A stretch of DNA of 64,000 bases from Antedon mediterranea (lineage: Eukaryota; Animalia; Echinodermata). This document shows positions 1 to 11,689 of the stretch, one piece after another; positions within the stretch are counted from its first letter, which is position 1, and every line of letters starts with the position of its first letter. The notes beneath the pieces are model-generated. The model saw nothing but the letters and a program-made list of their open reading frames with translations. It made no database searches and had not been told where the DNA came from. Position numbers and translations under genes: made by a program. The stretch lies in NCBI RefSeq assembly GCF_964355755.1, contig NC_092678.1, positions 6,960,422 to 7,024,421 on the forward strand, given 5' to 3'.

Positions 1-19
1 TAACGGCGCCCATAAACTA

Positions 20-270
20 TGTCGATCTATTTGTCAGTAGGCTAGCTTACTACTACCCTGCTAATGTAGACCTATGCTAATGACGTCATTGTCGTAAAAA
101 ATGTACCCACACACCAATATACAGACAACGGAACATCTTACCTTTGTAGATTATCCGTCAAACGTGTAAACGGATAAATAGTTTTTTTGCCAAAATAACA
201 AATAAGCTCAAAATGGTTAGTAGATTGTGGTGGTCTAGATTCCTCAGAGATTATTCTAATACATGTTTGC
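20..270 (-). pseudogene. Degenerate remnant of type-A exon 3 3' end plus donor and intron start (also 15460-15710, 36271-36510)
   Basis: CTTACCTTTGTAGATTATCCG...CTAGATTCCT matches 1185-1412 with deletions. Confidence 0.8.
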
Positions 271-620
271 AGAAATATTATTATTATTTATTTGTATTTC
301 CAATTTAGTTTAGTAGCCAAAACCCTGCAGACAAAAAAATACATCCTGTTTTACCAATTTTCAATTTATGAATATTGAATTCAAAGGATAGATTCTAATT
401 GAGACCTAAACACCTACTTTTTAAAATCTATTTTTGTTAAGTTTTAAATCAAATTCTTAACCGCTAAAACGTATATTGGATTTAGATGCTTGTAAACTGA
501 TTGAACCGACCTAAATTACCCTAGCAAGCTTCGCCAACCCACCCTGAACTCTACTGGAGCCCTTGGTGGACCGCAACCTTGGTTCTTGCTTCGCTTGCAA
601 GGCCTATTTAATCCATTCGG

Positions 621-3600
621 TTAGGCGTCAAATATTATGCCATTTTGGTTAAATAATTGTCGTTGAAGGACGCATTTATTCGTAACCATTCTTAAATATT
701 TTTCTTTCTTCATCTCGATAAGTTTCTTATATTCACTCGGCATTTTATGAGAGTTGTTAAATGAAAATCTGGATTTCCCATCATAGTGAAATTTAATTTT
801 TCGTCCATCAGGTGCAATGCCAAATGGATAAAATCCATACAGTGATATCATATCGCAAAACTGCACGGCAGCAGTGTACAAATACAGGCCGGATGAAATT
901 TTATCTTTTATGTTCCAGAATCTGGAGAAAAAAAATTGAGATGTTGTAGGCTTAAGCCAAACTACTATACTTTTTCATAATTTTGAGTGGCGCAAGTTTT
1001 CTTAAGGAGACTGGCAAGCTTTCAAATACTAACAACTTAAGAAGGTCTAGGCCTACTAGACCTTCGCTTGAAATGAAATGCCTGCATTTTTAGCTCGACT
1101 TGTCATTCCTATCCTTTCAAATCACTATACGCCTAATGCATTGCATTTAGATACAGTTTTCTCATAAGAGAAAAAATAGTTCTAACTCTGTCAGTAAGCT
1201 AGCCTCATCAGTAAACTACTACCCTGCTAATGTCTGGGCATCATCGTTAGACATTTACCCACACACCAAAATATAGACAACGTCATCTCTTACCTTTGTA
1301 GATTATCCGCTAAACGTGTAAATGGATAAGCAATTGAAATATCCAAGTTTACTGTGTCAAAATAATGAATAAGCTCAAAATGTTTAGTAGTGTGTGGTCT
1401 AGATTCCTTAGAAAACCACAAAATAACATTTTTAAACTCAGCTCTTAATCTTTCCAAATTATACCTTGGATCACAGATACTATTATTTGTAATGCATCTT
1501 TGCAAAAATGCCATTGACTCCTCCTGATTGGCAGAAATTATGTTCGTTTTGTGTCCAACATCATTTACAAATTCTTTTATAGGAGCCATGTTTGATCTCA
1601 TCACAAAGTCATGAGCGTCGATTTCAGAGCCACATCCACTGTTCAGAAGAATTCCCCCATTGCCGACTACTGCGCATGTGCGATGCCGAGAAATTGTCTT
1701 TCCTTTTTTTTGTAGGTATTTGTAAAAATGAGTAGCCTTTCTGAATTGTAGCAAATTCGAATATTTTCCACGTTGAATAAAAGGTATTAAGACACTTGAA
1801 TTGAATTCCTTCGTTTTTTGCCTGTGAGTAAAGTATAAATATATTATCCTTAGTACATTGTTCTTGGCTATATAATATAACAGATATTGCCTTTTATATC
1901 TTATATTTAACCTCTAAGCAGTCAATATCTGTATAATAACACACTTGAATTGAATTCCTTCGTTTTTTGCCTGTGAGTAAAGTATAAATATATTATCCTT
2001 AGTACATTGTTCTTGGCTATATAATATAACAGATATTGCCTTTTATATATCTTATATTTAACCTCTAAGCAGTCAATATCTGTATATTAACACACTTGAA
2101 TTGAATTCCTTCGTTTTTTGCCTATGAGTAAAGTATAAATATATTATCCTTAGTAAATTTTTGCCATGTTGATGACAATGTTGAAATAATATTCGTCTAG
2201 GCCTATCCTTTATGTATTTTGTTAACGTAAAACTACTTTTTTTACATTTTACTTTTTTATTATTTGTTCTTCTTTCTAACAAACAATGCTAAGCGCAATT
2301 TGCAGGCTGACTATAACATTTACAATTAAAAGTCAACAAAGGTAAAACATGAATAATGATTTAATTCAAAACACGTATAAATTGAGAATGACTAGTTATA
2401 AATATCCAATGAATTGCTTGATAAAAGGCAGAAATTGTAAAACGACGACGAAAGTTAACCGAAAACACAGTTTTTACAAACCTTAATACGACGACAAAAT
2501 TATTATTAATTATTTAGGCAAAAGATGCAAATTAAACAAAAGACGGCGCAAGAAGAAAATATAAAATCGTTAAAACGAAAAAGAGGTTTACAACCAAGAT
2601 TATGAAGAGGCAAATTAAGGTAAAAATACGAAGCAAGATCACAATCAAACTTAGAAAAAACACATTTAGGCCTATATAGGAAAAATAAATAGACTTGCTT
2701 GCACAGTCTTCTTGACATTCGGAGAAAACTACAAGAGCTTCTTGTTGAATTAATCGTACGGAATAAAGGCTTATTATTAAAGATTTTGGAAAGAGAGAGT
2801 GAGTTGGCCTATTGTGTAGAAATAAAAGGAAAGTTAGATTGGGCGAAAGGTAGAGGACACTGCGCGTTTGGTGTGTGGGAGGAATCTGTTTGCAATCCGT
2901 ACGCCACAACACAGCAACAGTCAACTGGCCTGTATGTAAAACTTGGTTTCCACACGGACATATAACGCAAGGACGTTCGTAGACGCAATGCAAGCGGTAA
3001 AGAGTTCGTGTAATCCATCGCTTGTGATTGATTACTAATGCTTGGTTCACACTAGAGACGCAACACAACGACGTAACGCAACGTAAGGGATTTGACCAAT
3101 CACAAGCGATGGATTATTTGAAATATCACTTGTCATTGGTCAACTCGCTTGCGTTGCGTCTACGTCATTGCGTTGCATCCACGTGGGAACCAAGCTTCAC
3201 TTGTGTTGCGCTTGCGTCGTTGCGTTGCGTCCTAGATGTGAAGCAAGCATAGCGGGGAACATTATTTTCTTAAAAAAACAACAAAACAGACAGAACAGAA
3301 CTTTGTATTTATTAGACATCAGGGACACTTTCAGAGACCCAACCATCGAATCAATCCAGATCCTACCGAAAGGCAATGCAATCCTCGATGCTAATAATAA
3401 ACATTTTATTTTGAACAACAAACAGTATAATATTATATTGGTATATTTTGATATATCCCATATATATAATATAAGATAAACAAATGTTGGCAGGACCAAC
3501 GTGGTAAATCAATATCATTGAAGTCAATTGGTTACAAATGGACAAACTTACCTTAAGTTGAAAACTTTGGTTAAATCAATGGTTTTACTAAATTCAGTAT

Positions 3601-3847
3601 CAAGTAATTCCTTCAACGGCTCCTGAACAGTTGAGAACAATCTGTGAATAAAAAAAAAACATATTGTATTTCTTAACAAGCAGTATTAAAGAAATAACTA
3701 TAAATAATTATGTTTTACTAACCTTTGACAATACAGTATGTTTGTGTCTTTACTGCGTGTTGATAAAGATAGTAGAGAAAATGAAGTTACCAATATAGAT
3801 AAGGTTGTTATAAACATAAACAAGATAAGCCTTTGACGTCTATGCAT
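621..3847 (-). CDS. ST8Sia-like alpha-2,8-sialyltransferase (GT29), type A copy 1; exons 3847-3723, 3641-3552, 1821-1294, 921-621; 347 aa
   Basis: Hand-spliced at GT/AG sites with all introns in phase 2 and no stops. N-terminal type II anchor [28 protein letters not shown]. Sialylmotif L ([32 protein letters not shown]), S ([25 protein letters not shown]), III (FHYD) and VS (HKMPSE). The C-terminal Cys (TNKC) is typical of ST8Sia. Confidence 0.9.
1786..2155 (-). repeat. ~149-bp tandem repeat spanning the exon 3 splice acceptor of gene A (also 17242-17605, 39098-39310)
   Basis: ACACTTGAATTGAATTCCTTCGTTTTTTGCCTGTGAGTAAAGTATAAATATATTATCCTTAGTA occurs three times in A1 and A2 and twice in A3. 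Confidence 0.92.
3039..3249. mobile_element. MITE, probably PIF/Harbinger-type (also ~18481-18691, ~40184-40394)
   Basis: Inverted termini TGCTTGGTTCACACTAG / CTAGATGTGAAGCAAGCA, internal (CGTTG) repeats and TAA/TAG flanks. A related element lies at ~59651-59983. Confidence 0.65.
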
Positions 3848-3928
3848 GGCTGTCTATATAAATCAGATAATAAACATAATATAAAAATAATACGGTATTT
3901 ATTATAATAGTACATTATTTACATTGAG

Positions 3929-3950
<22 letters not shown>

Positions 3951-3959
<9 letters not shown>

Positions 3960-4200
3960 CATACTGTAAATTATAGAAACAGTGCTCATATTCGGAACAT
4001 GATCTCATAATCGCGTCGAGCATAGCTCATTGGCGAAAGTTCCGTATTTTTTAGTTGTATGAAAAAATGTCTCTGGCTGGACATTTTTTCATACAACTAA
4101 AAAATACGGAACTTTCGCCAATGAGCTATGCTCGACGCGATTATGAGATCATGTTCCGAATATGAGCACTGTTTCTATAATTTACAGTATGATTTATATA
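3951..4200. repeat. Perfect inverted repeat, ~121-bp arms, 8-nt spacer, in a (TA)n tract
   Basis: 3951-4071 is the reverse complement of 4080-4200. Confidence 0.95.
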
Positions 4201-4230
4201 TAATTTACACAGTGCTACGCAACATCATTG

Positions 4231-4658
<428 letters not shown>

Positions 4659-4763
4659 GGCACAGAACATGAATTCTAAACCGCCCGGTGATATACTGAA
4701 ATGTAATTATAATTAACTTGAAACAAAGATGAGGAAATCTGTACTGTGAGAATGAGAAAAAGT

Positions 4764-4838
4764 ATCCCCAACCGAGATTCGAACCCGGAACCTTCTGCTT
4801 TTGATATGCAGATGTCTTAACCATTAGACCACTGGGGA
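4764..4838 (-). tRNA. tRNA-like gene/pseudogene (Arg-like body, 9-nt anticodon loop); copies 23787-23861, 43196-43270
   Basis: TCCCCAG-TG-GTCTAATGGTTAAGAC-A-TCTGC-ATATCAAAA-GCAGA-AGGTT-CCGGG-TTCGAAT-CTCGG-TTGGGGA folds as a cloverleaf. A and B boxes are present and TTTTT follows a few nt downstream. Confidence 0.6.
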
Positions 4839-5642
4839 TGTCATGGTATAGTTCAAAAGTATCAGGGACAGGTTGTATAAAATGTTCAACAGATGCAATT
4901 ATCAATAAGTCTACTGAAAGATATTAAGAGACGACAATTGAAACGACCACGACTATAGGGCCTATTTTATGTTATAGGCCTATCTTAGTTTAGTTTGCAG
5001 TTTATGGGCGCATGCTTTGTTTGAGCATGGAGGTACATGTACGTGGAAATAAAAACCAATTGAAGTTGACCAACCCTCCCATTCAGGGATGATGAGTTCC
5101 GGGATGTCAAGTAGAGAAGCCCGTCATGGTCCTACACTGGCTAAGGGGGAAGCTTGATTATCTAATTGTATAATAATAATAATTTAAATATTTTAAATAA
5201 TAACGTAGTTTTTTATTCTCAATTTTATATAAATCAAAAAGTTAAAATTAATAAATTAAACAGTGTATAGCATGGTATAAACATGGATATCAAGTAGATC
5301 AGCAGTGAAGTCAACTGATACAATGTATTTGTCAATGACAGAAAACAGCTACAATAACACAACATACACAATGGTGCTGACATTTATTGACTTTAAAAAG
5401 CATCACATGAGATACATAGAATATAAAAACATAACACCTAGACATATATCTATAGAATCTAACATAAAATACCTGTATTTGATACCGTGATCAAAGCCTG
5501 CGTATAGGCTTAATAATAATTGAAAATATACCCTTATGTTATATTAGAAATGTGAATTAACGGGTTTTCTAAAAGCAAATAAATAAATAAAAGGCGTAAT
5601 GTTGACAGAAGGGTATAAAATGCATTCAAAATGCGTACTTAC

Positions 5643-5880
5643 TGTCAATGTTTTGAAGGAAACTTATAACTTAAAACAAAATAAATACTCTGACAACGGT
5701 ACGGTATTGAAATATTGTGCTGTGTTGGTTCACAAAAAATCACAATAAAATAAAGACAAAGGTAAGTCATGGAAGAGTGAAAAGTCATCGGAGCTAATAC
5801 GATCCAGACAATTCTTATCGAACTCTCGTCATGCAAAAACACAAAGAGGGATTTAATGGCAGTATTATTCAATGCACTTT
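5643..5880 (-). promoter_or_regulatory. Putative non-coding 5'-UTR exon/promoter block of A genes (donors at 5643, 24664, 44079); homolog upstream of B1/B2 (donors at 13324, 34505)
   Basis: The GTAAGTAC donor is conserved between the diverged A and B versions. The first coding exons have an acceptor just 5' of the ATG (TTTATATAG/ACAGCCATG; TTTTATAG/AAGTC...ATG). The 5' boundary is uncertain. Confidence 0.55.
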
Positions 5881-6432
5881 ACGGGTTTAGCTTTGCACTT
5901 GGCTTTTTTGAGCTGACACCGTAATAGAGGTCACCGGGTCAGATCTACCTGAAAGAACTTTAAACATGAATACACACACCTCATATTAATTCCTTTCAAT
6001 CATTTTATTGATAAAGTCAATAGGTCAAAGGTCATTCAACCACTGAACTATCTGTGGGAGTGCACCCAGCTTTATTATTTTTATCTTTCTGGTTTTACGT
6101 TTTATTTCTATATTATTTGTACTTCATGGTACTTGAGAGGCCTTAATAAGTTAAAGGTCAAATGTCAAATGACAGGGTTCATGTTAACATTGAACATATT
6201 GTCTTTTCGTTTGTGTAAATCTCTCAAAGAGAGATAGTAGAGACTACCAATTATACAATTCTTAATTTCAGTTTGGACGAATATTTTCATACAGCTTAAT
6301 TAAAACTGTTTAAATATTTCAAATTTTTATTTTTTATATAAATGCATTTAATAGTGACAATTATGAACATTTCAAATTGCACTCGTGAAATACACGCGCA
6401 TATGTTACTTTTCGTTTTTGTTCAAAATTTTT

Positions 6433-6526
6433 TCATCAAAGCACGCACTTATTCGTAACCATTCTAAAGTACCCATCCTTATTCATCTGTACAAGTTTCT
6501 TATATTCACTCGGCATATTATGTGTT
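6433..6526 (-). pseudogene. Orphan 3' end of last ST8Sia exon (VS motif) from another paralog (also 25451-25541, 44866-44956)
   Basis: Translates as [29 protein letters not shown]. Confidence 0.85.
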
Positions 6527-7249
6527 ATGTGTGCATATTACATCAAACTGTCACCCACAACTTTGTAGTGTGCAGTCATTTACACTTAGAACTAATAACA
6601 ACAATTAAAAATAATTATATATATATATATATATATATTTTCCTGGGAAGTTTTATGTAGGGGAATTTTACAGTAGGCGGAGGTTTGTACTCTCGGAGTA
6701 CCCTCTAGTTTAAAATGTATTTCTGTTATGCGTGATTTGAACAATTTAGTCAATTTGAAATGGTGAGGATTTTTTGTCAACCACCCCTATTAAGGAGGAA
6801 CCTCTATTGTATTAAGAAGACACATGTTGTCTCGAAGGTGTCCCATTAAAAGGGGTCAAGGGTAGGCCTACTATAAGTATTCAACTTTCTATCAAAAGGT
6901 TTATATTACCGTAGGCTTAAATGTGCCTTAGGCCTACACTGTGTACTTACGAAATGTGTTCTAAGCTCAAAATAGTGTTTATTTACTAGTTATTATCCAT
7001 TTTCAGTATTGACTGAGAATTTAAGAATATTGATATACAAAATTTTAATACTACGCCACTTTCAATTTTTGTAAATTTCTAACCGATTCGAGCCAAAGCT
7101 GTCAGTAGATACAGTCTAACTTACTATCGCAAGTCAGATACGTGTCTAGCTGTAATACATACTTCGAGTAAAGTATTTCACTGACAACGAGTGGGTCACA
7201 CTTCCTAAATTACTTCTTAAAATGTTGATCTTTTTACACATAAAAACTC

Positions 7250-7423
7250 AAGTGCAATCAAGACAGCCGAAAAGAGAAAAGTAATGTAAGTTTTTTAAAC
7301 TAAAATGTGCTGGATAATTCAGCTTCGAAGATTGCATTTATTTGTAACCATTCTAAAGTACCCATCTTTATCTGTACAAGTTTCTTATATTAATCCGGTA
7401 TATTATAAATTGTTTTAAACCCA
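7250..7423 (-). repeat. Tandem duplicate of the 3' end of type-B last exon and 3' UTR, with deletions (also 26268-26441, 45683-45856)
   Basis: Direct repeat of 7424-7603. Confidence 0.88.
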
Positions 7424-7493
7424 AAGTGCAATCAAGAAAGCCGAAGCGAGAAAAGTAATGTACAGTTTTTAAAACTAAAATGTGCTGGATAAT

Positions 7494-10400
7494 TCAGCTT
7501 CGAAGATTGCATTTATTTGTAACCATCCTAAAGTACCCATCTTCATTCATCTGTACAAGTTTATTATATTCATCCGGTATATTATGAATTGTTTTAAACC
7601 CAAATTTAATTTCCGATGCATAGTGATATGTAAGGTTTCTTCCATCAGGTGCAATGCTGAAAGGATAAAATCCATACAGTGATATCATATCGCAATACGG
7701 TAAAGCTGCAGTGTACAAAAACAGTCCAGATGAAGGGCCATTGGTCAAGTTGAAAAACCTGCAGAAAAATACAATATTACCGTACTTTAGAAATAATGTA
7801 TGCCTAAATTTGGAATATTGTAATGAATTACTTAGTACATTTACTCCGCATATACAGAAAATGTAAAGAGAAAAATATCTGACCTTTTTATCGGGTTTGA
7901 CAGGTATTTGAATGGATAAGCTAGTGATATATTCACCAAATTGTGTCTTGCAAAAAAATTTAGCACCTCAAAATGCTTAAAAGGTGTAACGTCACGTACT
8001 TTAGAAAACCAAAGTATGGCATTTTTTAACTCTTTTAATCTTTGCAAACCATACGAAGAATTACAGACGCCATTATATTTTCTCATGCAGGCCCGAAATT
8101 CTCTTCTTGCTGCGTTATTTACAGACATTACGTTCGTTTTGTTTCCAACATCATTTACAAATTCTTTTATAGGAGCCATGTTTGATCTCATCACAAAGTC
8201 ATGAGCGTCGATTTCAGATCCACATCCACTGCTTCGAAGAATTCCGCCACTGCCGACTACTGCGCATGTGCGATGCCAAGAAAGTTTCTCTCCTGCTCTG
8301 CCCTCAATATACTTGCCGTAATGTCTAGCCTTTACCATCTGTTTCAAACTCGTATATTTAACTTGTTGATGAAGAGGTATTAAAATATTTGATGCAAAAA
8401 TGTTAGCTTTGTCCCTATGACAAAAAAGATCGAAAAATGATGTTTGTTACAAGCATAAATTATTTATATTCAAATGTTTCAATTGTTTTTTGCAATCAAT
8501 TAATTGTGATAGGATATTACACAACACTTAAAATACATCATTTAAAAGGTTTAAACAGATAAAAAGATAAACAAATACAGTTTTTTAAATCAATGCATTG
8601 TTGAGACAGTTGGATATAACAATACAGACATCGAAATCAATAAAAAGTTTGATAAACAAGTTTAAAATATTATATAATAGTGTGTACCAAAGTTGGTTAT
8701 GAATTTCCTTGCTTTTTCCGTCTTAATTTCTTGTAAAGCAAAAGCAATCATCGATATCATCATCATCATCATCATCATCATTGTCGTCGTCATTATTATT
8801 ATTGATCAATATGATAATGGCCTGATGTGTGTAGACTTAATTCAAGTAAAAATGTTTTAGTGTCAACGATTATATTATTATATAAGTCAATTATGCTCTC
8901 CAGGTAAAATCTTATCCTGAGATGAGTAGTTCATAGTAGTCACTACAGTTTTTTTTAAATACATTTTACTTTCTATGGACCTGAGAGATTCCAAAATAAA
9001 AGATTGAATGAATGAATGACTGAATTATTAATATTACGAATTTAAAGAGAAATAAATGTATCCTTATTACTTTACTAATTTTAAACTTCTTTTTGCTCGT
9101 TGGTAACCAAATAAATATTATTATTATTGGTTTTTTTAAATTTACTTGCAATACTTTAGTAACTTTAATAGACAATGTCCTCGTAAAACCTAACATTTGC
9201 GCGCACACACACATACACACAAAACCTGTTCACCATGGCTGATATCAATCTTAAATCCAATTATCTTTCTACATATATAAATTAAATGACAGGATAAGCA
9301 ATGTGTTTTTTATTTTTATGTACAATGACTGAAATTATAATGTTTTTTTAACTCAAATACGAATGAAAGAAATAAATGTTTATTTGAATTTGAATTTGAA
9401 CTAATGGAGAAATAAATGTACGTATTTTGCTATATCAAGTATTAGATATAGAAACATAAACAAACTAAAAAACACATTTTTGTCATTGAATTCAAGTAAG
9501 TACAGGCCTATTTAGATAAACTTATTATTATTCAAAGTAATTTTAAGTGGGATCTTAATACTGTGGATATCGTTTCTAGAGCCTCCAGATGTTTGTTTTC
9601 ATTAATAATAATAATAATAACACTAATACTAATAATAATAATAATAATAATTATTTGGAACAACACTTTTTTAACAGTGGCACACATGCGTAGATGGTGC
9701 GTCCTTAATTTCTTAAGAAATAAAAGCTATTGTTGCATGTATTAATGACTTAATCACAGTGTATACTTATAAGACCGGTATTAGAATATGCTGCATCTGT
9801 TTGACATGGCGCTTTGTCTCGATCCAATTGTAAGGCTATTGAAAGAGTACAGAAAAGGGCCTTTCGAATTATTTATGGTCTGACTAAATCAATTATGATA
9901 ATGCTCTTTCAATTATTAGTATTCCCTCACTTGAGGAAAGAAGGGATCTACCTACACTTGCTTTTGGCAATAGTTTGCTGAATATGATGAATTCAGAGAT
10001 ATGCTCCCCCCGTATTACAAACTCTCTAGAACTTTGAGATCTAATCATTAATTTGCTTGAAATTCCGAAATTAAAGACTGAGATATAGAAAGTCCAGATT
10101 TGAAATTAGCATCATACTGTATTTGATGAGCTTTTTAAAAAATTAACTAGCATGTAACTGATCTAATTTTCTTTTTTTGTCTCAAACTTACCGTAAGTCG
10201 AATACCTTGGCTAAATCAATGGTTTTATTTAATTCAGTTTCAAGTAATTCCTTCATGGTTCTCCTCGGCGGCTCACCAGTTACAAACGACCTGTGAACAC
10301 AATCTTGATAACATAATATTGATTAAAACAATCTAGTAGGCAGATGTCCAATTAAAGTACAAATGCATTCGATTCTATAAAGGTAACTTACTCAATATTA

Positions 10401-10989
10401 ACATTATCTGCCCCTAGACCAGTGTAGTAGATATAGGACAATCACTTATAAGGTCCTAACTTGGAAAAATGAAGTATTGGGAGACTATATGAAAGCGTGA
10501 CCAAGCAATAAGTGTGTGGTATATTTAAAAAAATTCAATCAAGCATAATTTTATAATTACACATCGATACAAACAATGGATACTGTACACAGGCCTAGAT
10601 GACAGGTGCCATAAGAGTGGAATTTGCCGCGTGTGTGCATTGTGTTGGCGACGTATTTTTTGACCTACTGTAGTGCCACGGTTGTATGTAACTCACAACA
10701 CTTTTAACTTCATTCCCTAAGTCTCAAATGAGACAAGCACAATAAAATAGTTTATCCAGCCATAATCGAGTTAATCGCTGTTGGATGCGTAAGAAATAAA
10801 CAAAATTACAATGAGCTCATAATTTAAAAGATCTTTATTAATCAGATTTGTTTTTACTAACCTTGAGAAATACGTTCTGTCTATGTATTTTATACTTGTT
10901 TTGGATAAATGTAATAGGGTGAATGTAGTTGCCAATATGGAAAAACTTGTTAGAAACGTTAACAAGGTGATCGTCCGTTGTCTAAACAT
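7494..10989 (-). CDS. ST8Sia-like sialyltransferase, type B copy 1; exons 10989-10862, 10290-10192, 8414-7884, 7758-7494; 340 aa
   Basis: Same four-exon phase-2 structure. TM anchor [28 protein letters not shown]. Motifs L (here VVGSGG), S ([20 protein letters not shown]), III (YHYA) and VS (HNIPDE). The exon 3 donor is GTCAG instead of GTAAG. Confidence 0.88.
9763..10130 (+). mobile_element. Decayed CR1/L2-group LINE 3' fragment (pieces also at 29858-30050, 30316-30720, 48457-48645)
   Basis: Translates as [15 protein letters not shown]...[12 protein letters not shown]...IPSLEERR, an RT C-terminal signature. Confidence 0.8.
10612..10800 (+). mobile_element. Old tRNA-SINE copy (also ~31760-31945, ~49660-49849)
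   Basis: TCCCTAAGTCTCAAATGAGAC...ATAGTTTATCCA...CGCTGTTGGATG.GTA.GAAATAAA matches the body of the SINE at 11210-11449 in the opposite orientation. Confidence 0.7.
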
Positions 10990-11209
10990 ATCGAAGTTAT
11001 CAGACTTCTATAAAATTAGATAAATAACATATTCTTATATAATTTATTGTAGAAAACATAGTAATGATTACTGACATTTTTATCCAAGGTACAAAACCCG
11101 ATAAAAATATATACCAAAAAAAAAACAATACTAAACTATGTAACTATGTAATATACAGAATACTATCGTTTAAATTTCTCATTAAATAGCCTAATTGCAC
11201 ATAGAAAGA

Positions 11210-11460
11210 ATTTTTTTTATTTTTTTTTATTTTTTTTTTATTTCATACTCATCCAACAGCGAGTAACTCGCCAATTACAGGATGGATAAACTATTTAATA
11301 ATTTATCGTGCTTATAAACTAAGTCTCATTTGAGGCTTAGGGAGTGGAGTTGAAAGAGTCATGAGTTACAACCCTGCACTAGGTCAGGATTGAACCCGGG
11401 ACCTTGGGATTGGAAGGCAAGCACGTTAACCACCAAGCTACAGCTCCACTTTTTTTCCAC
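11210..11460 (-). mobile_element. tRNA-derived SINE with A-rich tail (also 32358-32608; absent in unit 3)
   Basis: Head GGAGCTGTAGCTTGGTGGTTAACGTG...GGGTTCAATCC carries A and B boxes. The poly-A-like tail and AATTT duplication contrast with the empty site AGAATTTGCC at ~50302. Confidence 0.85.
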
Positions 11461-11689
11461 AATTTGCCATTAAATTGTACATGTAGACATGTAGTTTTTT
11501 TTCTATAGTCTTATCGCAGATCTCATTTCTACCTTCGAAGACATTTTATTATTCTCTGTAATTTATTTAAATTAGATAAGCTATATAACCTCATGATGCA
11601 GCAAAAACTGTTTAGAATGAATGTTCTTTGCCTGATTTGTTTATATTATATGTATAACAATAGAAACACGCTGTTTCTATTGTTATAAT

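Noticed and set aside
1585-1600. Loss of Cys in RCN (here RSN) as an inactivating change
   Set aside because: The Cys residues expected to form the two ST8Sia disulfides (TCAVV with motif S; SGCG with C-terminal NKC) are retained in all six copies.
2073-2310. [13 protein letters not shown]... as a longer exon 3, implying A genes are pseudogenes
   Set aside because: It has an in-frame TAG and lies 5' of a strong phase-2 acceptor (CTCACAG/G) that is positionally homologous to the B-gene acceptor, so it is intron.
2506-3545. Cluster of overlapping short ORFs in A-gene intron 2 (and equivalents in units 2 and 3)
   Set aside because: They overlap a MITE and AT-rich intron, frames are not preserved among the three copies, and no domain is recognisable.
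4764-4838. tRNA-Sec or bona fide opal suppressor
   Set aside because: It has no long variable arm or 9/4 fold, and the anticodon loop is 9 nt without U33.
10771-10861. 72-aa membrane microprotein (ORF 10771-10989)
   Set aside because: This is exon 1 of gene B read through the GTTAGT donor into the intron.
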